Shown piece after piece: positions 26,321 to 36,686 of a stretch of 64,000 nucleotides of DNA. Numbering within the stretch: the stretch's first letter is position 1; each line of letters opens with the position of its first letter. Made by a program: the position numbers and the translations under genes. This stretch comes from an uncultured Clostridia bacterium (GTDB taxonomy: Bacteria > Bacillota > Clostridia > UMGS1883 > UMGS1540), in assembly GCA_937966555.1 (NCBI GenBank), contig CALCLY010000027.1, positions 14,620-78,619 of the forward strand, read 5' to 3'. Below the pieces are notes generated by a model. The model was not told where the DNA came from and searched no databases. It saw only the letters and a list, made by a program, of their open reading frames with translations.

Positions 26321-26545
26321 GCTCACGCTTGTTCGCTCTCCATAGCCACCGTGAAAAGTTGGTAGTGCCGCGAATGCGTATATGTGTGCATTTATAAACA
26401 CCAAGCATTCGCAAACGTGACTTTTCGCGGAAAAGGAGGGACAGCGGAGCGTGTGACTGATTTTGTATTCAAAATCAGAACGAAGCGCAGCTTGTTCCGA
26501 CGCCGTAGGGGCGACCCTGCGTGGTCGCCCGCCTTGTGTTACGCG
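26321..26545. repeat. mosaic REP/BIME-like repeat cluster
   Basis: gctcacgcttgttcgctctc, then the 190-bp element including the CTGATTTTGtattCAAAATCAG hairpin, then REP core 26505-26531 (plus). Confidence 0.9.
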
Positions 26546-26613
26546 CATACGATATTTTTTACATATCAACAAATCTATTTTACCACTTTTTAACCAAAAA
26601 GGCAAGAAAAATA

Positions 26614-28533
26614 TTATTCAAGCTCAAACGCACCGGTATAAAGTCTGTAATAAGTGCCTTTTTTGGCAATAAGCTCGTCATGGCTGCCGCGTTCAATTAT
26701 TCTGCCGTGGTCAAGCACCATAATAACATCGGAGTTTCTTACGGTGGAAAGCCTGTGCGCTATAACAAACACGGTTCTGCCCTCCATAAGCTTGTCCATG
26801 CCGCGCTGAACTATCGCCTCGGTGCGCGTGTCAATGGAGGACGTTGCCTCGTCAAGTATCATAACCGGCGGATCGGCAACGGCAGCACGCGCTATTGCGA
26901 TAAGCTGTCTCTGACCCTGCGAAAGGTTTGCGCCGTTATTTGAAAGCTCTGTTTCATATCCCTGCGGAAGTCTTGAAATAAAATCGTCCGCGCCGGCAAG
27001 TTCCGCCGCTTTTCTGCACTCGTTGTCCGTGGCTTCAAGTCTGCCGTAGCGGATATTGTCCATAACGGTGCCGGTGAAAAGATTCGTCTCCTGCAAAACT
27101 ATGCCTAAGGATTTTCTCAAATCATCCTTCTTTATTTTGTTTATATTTATGCCGTCATAGCGGATTTTTCCGTCTTCGATATCGTAAAACCTGTTGATAA
27201 GGTTTGTGATTGTTGTTTTTCCGGCGCCGGTTGCGCCCACGAAAGCCACCTTCTGACCCGGCTCGGCATATACGGAAACGTCGTGCAGAATCTGCTTGCC
27301 CTTCGTATAGGAAAAGTCAACGTCAACCATTCTCACATCGCCGCGAAGCTCCGTATAAGTCAGGCTTCCGTCTCCGTGGGGGTGCTTCCACGCCCATTTT
27401 CCGGTGTGTTCCGCACTTTCTTCTATGCTGCCGTCTTCTTTGATTTTCGCGTTTACCAAAGTTACATATCCGTCATCTGCCTCAGGCTTTTCGTCCGCCA
27501 GTTCAAAAACACGCTCCGCGCCGGCAAGACCCATTACAATGGCGTTAATCTGCTGCGAAAGCTGGTTTATGTTTCCCGTAAACTGCTTTGTCATATTAAG
27601 AAACGGCACAACTATGCTTATGTCGAGTATCGCTCCCGAAAGGCTTAAATTAGGCAGACGCATTGTTATGAAAAATCCGCCGGCAAGCGCAATTATAACA
27701 TAGATTATGTTACCGATATTGCCTATTACGGGGCCCAGAATATTTGCATATGCGTTTGCTTTTTTCGTGTCCTCGTAAAGAGCGTCGTTTATTTCATCAA
27801 AATCGCGTTCGCACTCTCTCTCGTGCGAAAAGACCTTGACAACCTTCTGACCGTTCATCATTTCCTGAACAAAGCCCTCCGCGCGGCCTATTGATTTCTG
27901 CTGACGTATGAAATATTTTGCCGAGCCGCCGCCGACATTTTTTGTCACAAGCATCATAAGCGCAACGCCCAAAAGCAGCACAAGTGTCATCCATACGCTG
28001 TAATAAATCATTACGAAAAAGACGAGTATAACCACCGACCCTGCGCGAAGAAGCGAGGGCAGCGCCTGTGACACAAGCTGTCTTAAAGCGTCTATATCGT
28101 TTGTGTAATGGCTCATGATATCGCCGTGTTTGTTTTGGTCAAAGTATTTTATCGGCAGTTTCTGCATTCCGCCGAACATTTTACAGCGCATTTTGCAAAG
28201 AAATCCCTGCGTGATAAATGCCATAAGCTGCGTGTAAAGAAGCGTCGCGGCAAGTGAAATCACATAAAGCGTTATAAGTATTGCCATTTTCGGAACAAGC
28301 TCCGCGTGCGCCGCGCTCCAGTCGGAGGTTTCGATGTATTTGCTTATAATCGCTATAACCTTTTGCAGGAAAACGTCCGGCAAAGCCGCGGCAAGAGCCG
28401 AAAAGAGTATGCAGAAAATTGTGACGGGGACAAGAACCGGATAATACTCAAAAAGCGTTTTCAGCACTCTGCCGAAAACACCTTTTTTCGGCTGCCCGCC
28501 GCGCGGTGCGGCTTTCATATTATTTCTGCTCAT
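26614..28533 (-). CDS. ABC transporter, fused permease/ATP-binding protein (exporter type)
   Basis: Six-transmembrane N-terminal half, GATGAGKTT Walker A, LSQGQRQLIAIARA signature and ILDEATS Walker B. Start trimmed to ATG 28533 (GGGAGGGGA upstream), overlapping the upstream partner. Confidence 0.9.
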   Translation of the reverse strand: MSRNNMKAAPRGGQPKKGVFGRVLKTLFEYYPVLVPVTIFCILFSALAAALPDVFLQKVIAIISKYIETSDWSAAHAELVPKMAILITLYVISLAATLLYTQLMAFITQGFLCKMRCKMFGGMQKLPIKYFDQNKHGDIMSHYTNDIDALRQLVSQALPSLLRAGSVVILVFFVMIYYSVWMTLVLLLGVALMMLVTKNVGGGSAKYFIRQQKSIGRAEGFVQEMMNGQKVVKVFSHERECERDFDEINDALYEDTKKANAYANILGPVIGNIGNIIYVIIALAGGFFITMRLPNLSLSGAILDISIVVPFLNMTKQFTGNINQLSQQINAIVMGLAGAERVFELADEKPEADDGYVTLVNAKIKEDGSIEESAEHTGKWAWKHPHGDGSLTYTELRGDVRMVDVDFSYTKGKQILHDVSVYAEPGQKVAFVGATGAGKTTITNLINRFYDIEDGKIRYDGININKIKKDDLRKSLGIVLQETNLFTGTVMDNIRYGRLEATDNECRKAAELAGADDFISRLPQGYETELSNNGANLSQGQRQLIAIARAAVADPPVMILDEATSSIDTRTEAIVQRGMDKLMEGRTVFVIAHRLSTVRNSDVIMVLDHGRIIERGSHDELIAKKGTYYRLYTGAFELE

Positions 28534-30268
28534 CTTTGTCCCCTCCCTTCGTCTGCTGCTCAAAGATTTCTCTGTATATCTCGCTGCGCTCCATAAGCTC
28601 GCTGTGCGTGCCGGAATCTGCAACCGTGCCGTTGTCCATTACAACTATAATATCCGCATCCTCAACCGAGGCAATGCGCTGCGCTATTATAATTTTTGTG
28701 GTTTCCGGAATGTATTTTTTAAACGCCGAGCGGATAAGCGCGTCGGTTTTCGTGTCAACCGCGCTTGTGGAGTCGTCAAGAATAAGTATTTTCGGCTTTT
28801 TCAAAAGTGCGCGCGCTATGCACAGGCGCTGCTTCTGACCGCCCGAAACATTTGTTCCTCCCTGTTCGATACGCGTTTCATATTTATCGGGAAAGCTTTC
28901 CACAAACTCGTCCGCACAGGCAAGGCGGCAGGCCTCGCGCAGCTCATCGTCTGTAGCGTTTTCATTGCCCCATCTGAGGTTTTCGGCTATCGTGCCGGAA
29001 AACAGCAGATTTTTCTGAAGCACCATTGATACCGCGCCGCGGAGCGTGTCGAGGTGATATTTTCTTACATCCTCGCCGCCTACCGAAACCGTACCCTCGG
29101 TCACATCGTAAAGCCTCGGAATCAGCTGCACAAGAGACGATTTTGAAGAACCCGTGCCTCCTATGATTCCCACAGTCATGCCCGATTTTATATGAAGATT
29201 TATATCCGAAAGCGCATATTTTTTTGCGCCCGCACTGTATTTAAAGCTTACTCCGTCAAAATCCACAGAGCCGTCTTTCACGGTCATCAAGGGATTTTCG
29301 GGTTCGGTCAGCGCCGGAGTTTCGCCCAAAACTTCGGTTATACGTTTGCCGGACTCCGCGCTCATCGTCAGCATGACGAAAATCATTGAAAGCATCATAA
29401 GCGACATAAGCACCTGCACGCCGTAGCTTAAAAGTGCCGAAATCTGACCGACGTCCAAAGCCGCGCCGCCGCTGCCTATAGCAAGCGACGAGCCTATCCA
29501 CAAAATGAAAACCATGTTAAAATACATGCATAGGGTCATAAGCGGAGTGTTAAGCGCCACAATTCTCTCCGCAAACACAAAGTCCTTTTTTATGTCCTCC
29601 GCGGCATTGTTGAATTTGTCTTTTTCGTAGTCCTCGCGCGCAAAGCCTTTTACAACGCGCATTCCGCGCACGTTTTCCTCAACCGATTCGTTAAGCTTAT
29701 CGTATTTTCTGAAAACGCGCCTGAACGCCGGCATGGCTTTTTTGCCTATAAACCACAGGCCGCAGCCGAGCACCGGTATAACAATAACAAACGCCGTGGC
29801 AAGCTTGCCGCCCATCTTAAACGCCATTATTACGGAGAAAATCATCATCAGAGGGCTTCGCACAGCCGTTCTTATCAGCATCATGAATGCCATCTGAACA
29901 TTGCTTACGTCCGTTGTAAGTCTTGTAACAAGCGAGGCGGACGAAAATTTGTCTATATTTTCAAAGCTGTAGCGCTGAATTGCGCGGAACATATCCGACC
30001 TTAAATTTTTCGCAAAACCCGCCGAAGCCTTTGAACACGTAAATCCCGCCAGTCCGCCGCACATAAGAGACGCGCACGCCATTATAACAAGCAGAAGCCC
30101 CGTTCCCAAAAGCTCGCGTATGTCCGTTCCTTTTCGTATATCGTTTACAAGTCCCGCCGTTATAAACGGGATTATTGTTTCAAAGATTGCCTCGCCCACA
30201 ATGAGCAAAAGTGTGTAGATTGCCGGTTTTTTAAATTCTCTTACCGATGCCCAAAGTTTTTTAATCAT
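28520..30268 (-). CDS. ABC transporter, fused permease/ATP-binding protein (heterodimer partner)
   Basis: GGTGSSKSS Walker A, VSGGQKQRLCIARA signature and ILDDSTSAVD Walker B. Start trimmed to MIKKLW (ATG 30268, AAGGAAGGAG upstream). Confidence 0.9.
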   Translation of the reverse strand: MIKKLWASVREFKKPAIYTLLLIVGEAIFETIIPFITAGLVNDIRKGTDIRELLGTGLLLVIMACASLMCGGLAGFTCSKASAGFAKNLRSDMFRAIQRYSFENIDKFSSASLVTRLTTDVSNVQMAFMMLIRTAVRSPLMMIFSVIMAFKMGGKLATAFVIVIPVLGCGLWFIGKKAMPAFRRVFRKYDKLNESVEENVRGMRVVKGFAREDYEKDKFNNAAEDIKKDFVFAERIVALNTPLMTLCMYFNMVFILWIGSSLAIGSGGAALDVGQISALLSYGVQVLMSLMMLSMIFVMLTMSAESGKRITEVLGETPALTEPENPLMTVKDGSVDFDGVSFKYSAGAKKYALSDINLHIKSGMTVGIIGGTGSSKSSLVQLIPRLYDVTEGTVSVGGEDVRKYHLDTLRGAVSMVLQKNLLFSGTIAENLRWGNENATDDELREACRLACADEFVESFPDKYETRIEQGGTNVSGGQKQRLCIARALLKKPKILILDDSTSAVDTKTDALIRSAFKKYIPETTKIIIAQRIASVEDADIIVVMDNGTVADSGTHSELMERSEIYREIFEQQTKGGDKDEQK

Positions 30269-30291
30269 GTTATTCTCCTTCCTTAGCATTC

Positions 30292-30715
30292 ACTGCCGCT
30301 TACGCTTGTTCGCTCTCAAACAATGTATCGTAGGGGCGACCCTGCGTGGTCGCCCGTTTTGTTTTTCTCACACCAAACGGACAATTCGTGAATTGTCCCT
30401 ACGCGTCGGAACATACACGCCGCGGCTTTTTATGATTTTAAGCCTTTTCTGCGTTCTCGATCCACCGCGAAAAGTTGGTAGTGCCGCGAATGCGTATATG
30501 TGTGCATTTATAAACACCAAGCATTCGCAAACGTGACTTTTCGCGGAAAAGGAGGGACAGCGGAGCGTGTGACTGATTTTGTTTTCAAAATCGGAACGAA
30601 GCGCAGCTTGTTCCGACGCCGTAGGGGCGACCCTGCGTGGTCGCCCGTTTTGTTTTTCTCACACCAAACGGACAATTCGTGAATTGTCCCTACGCGTCGG
30701 AACGTACACACCGCG
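30292..30715. repeat. mosaic REP/BIME-like repeat cluster with internal 89-bp direct duplication
   Basis: REP cores 30330-30356 and 30621-30647 (plus). Each is followed by ttttgtttttctcacaccaaacGGACAATTCGTGAATTGTCCctacgcgtcggaac. The two copies lie 291 bp apart and flank a 190-bp element. Confidence 0.92.
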
Positions 30716-30802
30716 TCTGTCCGCTCTTATTTTACCAAAAAGCGGCCCCGACAATACTTTGTCAAAGCCACTTCTTTTTAATTCCGCTAAAAATCTTTTG
30801 TA

Positions 30803-31540
30803 CTATTCCTCGTCGGGAATATCGCAGTTATGGAACACGTTCTGAACATCATCGTTATCGTCAAGCATGTCGATAAGCTTTGTCATGTTCTTCAAATCGT
30901 CTTCCGATGTGAGGGTTACGGTTGTCTGGGGAACTCTCAAAACCTCCGCCGACTCTATTTTGTAGCCCTTCTCTTCAAGCGCCGCACAAACCGCGCCGAA
31001 AACGTCCGGATCTGTTGAAACTTCAAAATATCCGTCATCCTCTGCGGAAAAATCGTCTGCTCCGGCATCGAGCGCGTCCATCATAAGCTGATCCTCGTCC
31101 GCTCCCTCGCCGTTTACTATTATAATTCCCTTCTTGTCAAACATGAATGTTACACATCCCGTCTGACCGAGGTTGCCGCCGCATTTGTCAAAATAATGTC
31201 TCATGTCGGCAGCGGTTCTGTTTCTGTTGTCGGTGAGTGTTTCAACAATAACCGCAACGCCGCTCGGACCGTAGCCTTCATATACGATTTCCTCGTAATT
31301 GTCGCCGCCCGTTTCGCCTGCCGCTTTTTTGATGCAGCGCTGAATATTGTCGTTTGGCATATTGTTTGAGCGCGCCTTCAAAATAGCGTCGCGCAGCTTT
31401 GTGTTGCTCTCCGGGTCCGCTCCGCCGGCTTTAACGATTACCGAAATTTCTCTGCCGAGCTTTGTGAATATTTTGGCTCTCTGATTGTCACTTTTTTCTT
31501 TTTTATGTTTTATGTTACTCCACTTGGAATGACCTGACAC
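30803..31540 (-). CDS. yebC: YebC/PmpR-family transcriptional regulator
   Basis: [14 protein letters not shown]...[10 protein letters not shown] signature. 245 aa. Confidence 0.92.
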   Translation of the reverse strand: MSGHSKWSNIKHKKEKSDNQRAKIFTKLGREISVIVKAGGADPESNTKLRDAILKARSNNMPNDNIQRCIKKAAGETGGDNYEEIVYEGYGPSGVAVIVETLTDNRNRTAADMRHYFDKCGGNLGQTGCVTFMFDKKGIIIVNGEGADEDQLMMDALDAGADDFSAEDDGYFEVSTDPDVFGAVCAALEEKGYKIESAEVLRVPQTTVTLTSEDDLKNMTKLIDMLDDNDDVQNVFHNCDIPDEE

Positions 31541-31569
31541 TGTACTTCCTCCTAAACTACCCTGTTAAA

Positions 31570-32730
31570 TTATGCTTTTTTTGCCGCAAGCTTTATTTTG
31601 CTTATAGCCTTGTCGTTGAACTTAAATCCGAGCTCTTCCGCCCACTTGTCGGTGTATTCCTCCGCAAGGTTTGAAAGCTTCTTGGTTTTTGCCTTTTCAA
31701 CAGCCTCGTCGTAAAGCTCGCCGCTTTGGGGCAGCGGAAGTCTCTTTATAATATGGTAGCCGTAAGAAGTTTTAACCGGTTCTGCCGTAAGCTCGTTTTC
31801 CTTGAGCGCAAATGCAGCCGTTTCAAACTCCGATACCATTTCACCCTTTGTGAACACATAACCCTCGGGGCTGTTTATCTCGCCCGTCTCGGCATTTTTG
31901 TCCGCGGTGTTTTCTTTCATAAGCTTGTCAAAATCAGCTCCGCCCTGAAGCTCCGCAATAAGGTCTTTTGCTTTCTGCAGAGCAGCGGCGTCTTTATCCT
32001 CGGCGGATGTATCTGCCGAAGCGTCTGCCGAAGAATCCGCGGACTTGTCCGCATTTTCGTCTGCCGCGTCTCCGCTTTCAACCGTTGTCTCGCCCGATGC
32101 AGCCTTGTCCGCCTCGTTTGAAATAAGAATATGCTTTACATATACATACTCGGATTCGTAGAAGTTTTTAACGTCTTCGTCCGTCACCGTGATTTCACCG
32201 GGTTTTGCCTCCGTGCCGTCGCCGAAATATTTCTCGCTGACTTTCTGAGCGTATGCCTCGGCTTCGAGTATTTTTTCAACGTCCTGAAGCGTAAATCCGC
32301 CTTCGCTGAAATACTGCTCATAGTTGTATCTGCCGCCGTACTGCTCAATTATCTGAGTTTTCTGTTTTGCGATACTGTCGCGGTCTTCATCTGTCAGAGT
32401 TATACCGTCCGCAATTGCCTTTGCCTTCATAACAAGGGAGCTTTTTGCGTATTCTTTTGCTTTGTCGCGCGCATAGTCTGCCGCCGTAACATCGCCTATT
32501 TTAACCGTGTTCCATTCTTCCTCCGTGGAAGTTGCCGAAAGCGTGTCTCCTCCGCCCGACTGTGCCGCGGATATAGCCGCCGACTTGCCCTGCTGCAGAT
32601 AGAAGTTAAATTCCCCTCTTCCCACAGAGTCCGTGTCCGTGTATGCCATTCTTGTAACGTCTTTTATATTGCACGCGCTGACAAGAAAAAGCATTGATGT
32701 TGCCAATAGAGCCGAAAGTAACTTTTTCAT
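31570..32730 (-). CDS. PrsA-like parvulin peptidyl-prolyl isomerase lipoprotein
   Basis: Lipobox LFLVSAC, an acidic low-complexity linker, and a parvulin core VKHILIS...GYVFTKGEMVSEFE...SYGYHIIKR. Confidence 0.8.
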   Translation of the reverse strand: MKKLLSALLATSMLFLVSACNIKDVTRMAYTDTDSVGRGEFNFYLQQGKSAAISAAQSGGGDTLSATSTEEEWNTVKIGDVTAADYARDKAKEYAKSSLVMKAKAIADGITLTDEDRDSIAKQKTQIIEQYGGRYNYEQYFSEGGFTLQDVEKILEAEAYAQKVSEKYFGDGTEAKPGEITVTDEDVKNFYESEYVYVKHILISNEADKAASGETTVESGDAADENADKSADSSADASADTSAEDKDAAALQKAKDLIAELQGGADFDKLMKENTADKNAETGEINSPEGYVFTKGEMVSEFETAAFALKENELTAEPVKTSYGYHIIKRLPLPQSGELYDEAVEKAKTKKLSNLAEEYTDKWAEELGFKFNDKAISKIKLAAKKA

Positions 32731-32775
32731 ATTCTTACTCCTTTATCACATAATAGTTGATTCTATTATTATATA

Positions 32776-35700
32776 CTAAGCTTTGGAAATTTTCAAGTCT
32801 TTTAACAAATTTTTTAAATTATTTATTATTTTTTCACTGTTTTTCTCGGTATTTTTCAGTGTAATATACGGTTTTTCTCCCGCGCTGAACAAAATGTTTC
32901 TCTTATATTTCGCAATAACCGCGGCGATTCCCTCGGGCTGCGGCGGATTGTTTTCGTCCACCGTGAGCACAATTTTGTTTCCGCTGCCCTGAATTTCGCG
33001 TATGCCCGCCTCGGAGGCGTAAACGCGCAGCGACGCCACCTCGATAAGCATAAGCGTTTCGTGCGGCAGATCGCCGTAGCGGTCGCAAAGCTCGTCCGAC
33101 ACGCGGACCTTGTCTTCATCGCTTTCAATATCGGCAATGGTTCTGTAAGCCTCAAGACGCTGTCTTGTGTCGCCTATATAGCTTTCGGGGATACCGGCGT
33201 CCACGGCAAGGTCGATTACGGCCTCGGTCTTTTGCGGCATACCTTCGCCGCCGCGCAGCTCCGCAATTTCCTCGTTTAAAAGCCGCATGTACATGTCGTA
33301 GCCGACGGTTGACATAAACCCGTGCTGCTCGGGCCCGAAAATATCGCCCGCACCGCGTATTTCAAGGTCGCGCAGCGCTATTTTAAAGCCTGCGCCGAGC
33401 TCCGTAAATTCTTTAATTGCAACAAGCCTTTTTTCCGCAACCTCGGAAAGGGATTTGTCCGGCTTGAACATCAGATACGCATATGCGATTCTGTCCGAAC
33501 GCCCAACCCTTCCGCGCAGCTGATAAAGCTGAGAAAGACCCATGCAGTCGGCATTTTCTACAATCATTGTGTTTACGTTCGGGATATCGAGTCCCGTTTC
33601 GATTATTGTTGTACAGACCAAAACGTCTATCTCTCCGCGCAGCATTTTGAGCATTATGTCCTCAAGCTCGCGCTCGTTCATTCTTCCGTGCGCCACGGCA
33701 ATGCGCGCCTCGGGGAAAATTGCCTGCAGTTTTTCCGCCTTGGTGTAAATACCTGAAATCCTGTTGTATACGTAATACACCTGCCCTCCGCGCTGAAGCT
33801 CGCGGCCGATGGCGTCTGCGGCAATGCCGTCGCTGTATTCCATAACATATGTCTGAATTGCGTGCCGGTCCTCGGGCGGCATGGCGATGACGCTCATGTC
33901 GCGTATTCCGCTCATAGCCATGTTGAGCGTGCGCGGAATGGGCGTCGCGGTCAGGGTGAGCACGTCTATGCCGCGCTTTAAATTTTTTATTTTTTCTTTG
34001 TGCGCCACACCGAAGCGCTGCTCCTCGTCAATTACAAGAAGTCCGAGTTTTTTAAACTCCACATCGTCGCCCAGAAGGCGGTGCGTTCCTATTATAATAT
34101 CAATTTCGCCGCTTTTTAATTTTTTAAGTATTTCGCGCTGCTGCGCCGCCGTACGGAAGCGCGATAGCATCTCGATTTTCACGGGGAAAGACTGCATTCT
34201 CTTTAAAAAGCTGCCGAAATGCTGCTGCGCCAAAATGGTGGTGGGCACAAGATATGCGCACTGGAACCCGTCCGTCACGCACTTAAACGCGGCGCGCATC
34301 GCAACCTCCGTTTTGCCGTAGCCCACGTCTCCGCACAAAAGTCTGTCCATGGGACATTCTTTTTCCATGTCGCGCTTGATTTCCTCAATGCTTTTGAGCT
34401 GGTCGGGCGTTTCCTCATACTGGAACTCGTCTTCAAACTCCGTCTGCCACGAGGTGTCCTTTGAAAACGCGTGGCCGCGCATGCGGCTTCTCTCCGCATA
34501 CAGTTCTATAAGCTTTATGGCAAGCTTTTTCGCGCTTTGGCGCACCTTGTTTTTCGTGTTCTGCCACTGTGTTCCGCCGAGTTTGTTTATCTTCGGCTTC
34601 GGCGTGTCCTCCCCGGCATGGGAATATTTGTAAAGAAGATTCAGCTGATTTACGGGCACGTACAAAACATCCGTCCCCTGATAATCTATTTTAAGATAAT
34701 CGCGCGAGGCTCCGCCCACGTTTATCGAGACAAGCTCCGTAAATCTGCCTATACCGTGCGTGCGGTGAACCACATAGTCGCCTATGGCAAGCTCGTCAAA
34801 GCTTCGTATTGCCTTGCCGGCGTCCGCGCTTTTTCTTCTGTGCGTCCGTTTTTCCGTGAAAAGGTCGCTTCCGCTCACAAACACAACCTTTGCCGAAGGA
34901 TATTCGAAGCTTTTCGGGATGTATACCGAATATATTCCTGCCGTTCCCTCGCGCGGCGCTTTTGTGCTTTCGAGTATTTCCGACGGAAGACCCTTATCCT
35001 CCAAAAGCTCGTGAATACCTGCCGCGCGCGCATCGCTCCCCGCCATTATGAAAATTGTGTATCCGGTTTTGCGCCAGTATATAACGTCGTCCGCCAGAGC
35101 CGCCGTGTCACCCGAATAGCTCGAAAGGACTTTAACCCCGAAATCAAACGTGGCGCCGGGCAGAAATCCGCCGCCCGATGCGCTCAGCGCGCCGACGCCG
35201 AGGAGCGTTTTTTTCTCCATTTCGCTTTCAAGCTTTTTAAAGTCCGCAATCGGATAATTTTTTATATCTCCGCCCGAAAGCATTTTGTCCGCAAGTTTTT
35301 CTTCAACGCTTGCCGCAAAATCCGCCGCGCTCTCGCAAAGCCTTTTCGGCTCGTCAAAAACAAAAAGCGTGCCGTCCCCGAACCAGTCGGTCACATATGC
35401 GCTTCCCTTGTCCGCATCCGCCGGAATTATAACCGCTCTTTCGGCATTCTCGGTCGAAAGCTGAGTTTTAACGTCGAAAATGCGTATGCTGTCTACCTCA
35501 TCGTCAAAAAATTCTATTCTGTATGCGTTTTCCGCCGCAGGCGAGAAAACGTCGCAAATTCCGCCGCGCAGCGCAAACTGTCCGCACCCCGTAACCTCCG
35601 GCGTGCGGCTGTAGCCCATGTCGACAAGAGTTTTGCTTATGTCCTCAACCGTTTTGCCGTATTCTATAATAAGCGTCTTTTCTTCAAACTCTTTTTCGGG

Positions 35701-36078
35701 CATGACAAAACAGCAAAGCGCCGCCGCACTCATAACCGCAGACGCTCCGCCGTGTATCATATTCAAAGCTTCTATTCTTGCCGCGTGAAGATCGTAGCTT
35801 GCCGCAAGGGCATCGCCCGCCGTCACATCGTCCGCCATAAGCCTTGCGGGCGGCATCGGCATGAAAGCTCCGAGCTCCTCATGGTATTGCTTTGCAAGCG
35901 GCTCGTTTGCCGTCACAATGCAAAGCCTTTTGCCCGTTTTTTGCGCAATTCCGGCAAGAATATGTGATTTTGACGTTTCGGAAACTCCCGAAACTCCGAT
36001 TTTTCCGCCCTTTTCCGCAGCCGCACACAGCTTTTCAAAGCCCGGCAGCCGAAAAAGCGGATCCAAAAAAATATTCAT
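32776..36078 (-). CDS. mfd: transcription-repair coupling factor
   Basis: 1100 aa. CarD-like region GDYVVHRTHGIGRF, helicase motifs LLCGDVGYGKTEVA and LVIDEEQRFG, and a TRG-type C-terminus. Confidence 0.95.
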   Translation of the reverse strand: MNIFLDPLFRLPGFEKLCAAAEKGGKIGVSGVSETSKSHILAGIAQKTGKRLCIVTANEPLAKQYHEELGAFMPMPPARLMADDVTAGDALAASYDLHAARIEALNMIHGGASAVMSAAALCCFVMPEKEFEEKTLIIEYGKTVEDISKTLVDMGYSRTPEVTGCGQFALRGGICDVFSPAAENAYRIEFFDDEVDSIRIFDVKTQLSTENAERAVIIPADADKGSAYVTDWFGDGTLFVFDEPKRLCESAADFAASVEEKLADKMLSGGDIKNYPIADFKKLESEMEKKTLLGVGALSASGGGFLPGATFDFGVKVLSSYSGDTAALADDVIYWRKTGYTIFIMAGSDARAAGIHELLEDKGLPSEILESTKAPREGTAGIYSVYIPKSFEYPSAKVVFVSGSDLFTEKRTHRRKSADAGKAIRSFDELAIGDYVVHRTHGIGRFTELVSINVGGASRDYLKIDYQGTDVLYVPVNQLNLLYKYSHAGEDTPKPKINKLGGTQWQNTKNKVRQSAKKLAIKLIELYAERSRMRGHAFSKDTSWQTEFEDEFQYEETPDQLKSIEEIKRDMEKECPMDRLLCGDVGYGKTEVAMRAAFKCVTDGFQCAYLVPTTILAQQHFGSFLKRMQSFPVKIEMLSRFRTAAQQREILKKLKSGEIDIIIGTHRLLGDDVEFKKLGLLVIDEEQRFGVAHKEKIKNLKRGIDVLTLTATPIPRTLNMAMSGIRDMSVIAMPPEDRHAIQTYVMEYSDGIAADAIGRELQRGGQVYYVYNRISGIYTKAEKLQAIFPEARIAVAHGRMNERELEDIMLKMLRGEIDVLVCTTIIETGLDIPNVNTMIVENADCMGLSQLYQLRGRVGRSDRIAYAYLMFKPDKSLSEVAEKRLVAIKEFTELGAGFKIALRDLEIRGAGDIFGPEQHGFMSTVGYDMYMRLLNEEIAELRGGEGMPQKTEAVIDLAVDAGIPESYIGDTRQRLEAYRTIADIESDEDKVRVSDELCDRYGDLPHETLMLIEVASLRVYASEAGIREIQGSGNKIVLTVDENNPPQPEGIAAVIAKYKRNILFSAGEKPYITLKNTEKNSEKIINNLKNLLKDLKISKA

Positions 36079-36104
36079 AATTTACTCCATGGCGCTTACG
36101 CATT

Positions 36105-36680
36105 TTACTGCTCTCCGAAATCCGTTCCGTTAAACTTATTCATCGCCGCGGAAACGCCGCGGGAAATTATTTCCTCCGTAATTTTGTCCGTTTCTTTTAT
36201 GCACCTTGTAACCCTCACGCCGTCCTCCTTCGAAAACGTGCCGAGAACGTGATTTGCAAGTTCAGCGCCGCTTACCTTTCCCACGCCTATGCGCACTCTC
36301 GGGAAGGCGTCGCTCTGCAAATGATATATAATCGACTTCATGCCGTTATGTCCGCCGTCACTGCCCGAGGGGCGAATGCGCAGCCTGCCCGTGTCAAGCG
36401 CAACATCATCGTATATTATTATTACGTTCTCCGGCGGAATTTTATAATATCTCGCAATTTCACCCACCGCTTCGCCGCTGTTGTTCATAAAAGTTGAGGG
36501 CTTCGCCAGAATAACGCGCTCGCCGCCTATAATCCCTTCGCCCAAAAGCGAACGGAATTTGATTTTTTTCACGCTTATTTTGTACACAGCCGAAAGGTAG
36601 TCTATAGCCATAAACCCCACGTTGTGCCTTGTGTATTTATATTTTTCACCCGGATTGCCGAGTCCCGCGATTAAGTACAT
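36105..36680 (-). CDS. pth: peptidyl-tRNA hydrolase
   Basis: MYLIAGLGNPGEKYKYTRHNVGF...GGHNGMKSI signature. Confidence 0.95.
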   Translation of the reverse strand: MYLIAGLGNPGEKYKYTRHNVGFMAIDYLSAVYKISVKKIKFRSLLGEGIIGGERVILAKPSTFMNNSGEAVGEIARYYKIPPENVIIIYDDVALDTGRLRIRPSGSDGGHNGMKSIIYHLQSDAFPRVRIGVGKVSGAELANHVLGTFSKEDGVRVTRCIKETDKITEEIISRGVSAAMNKFNGTDFGEQ

Positions 36681-36686
36681 TTTTTG

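Noticed and set aside
34471-35967. 498-aa ORF antisense to mfd. Similar long antisense ORFs occur at 11288-12437, 23132-23848, 37044-37691, 53286-53969 and 54185-54838.
   Set aside because: They are arginine/lysine-rich low-complexity translations opposite well-supported conserved genes. They have no RBS and no recognisable motif, and are typical shadow ORFs.
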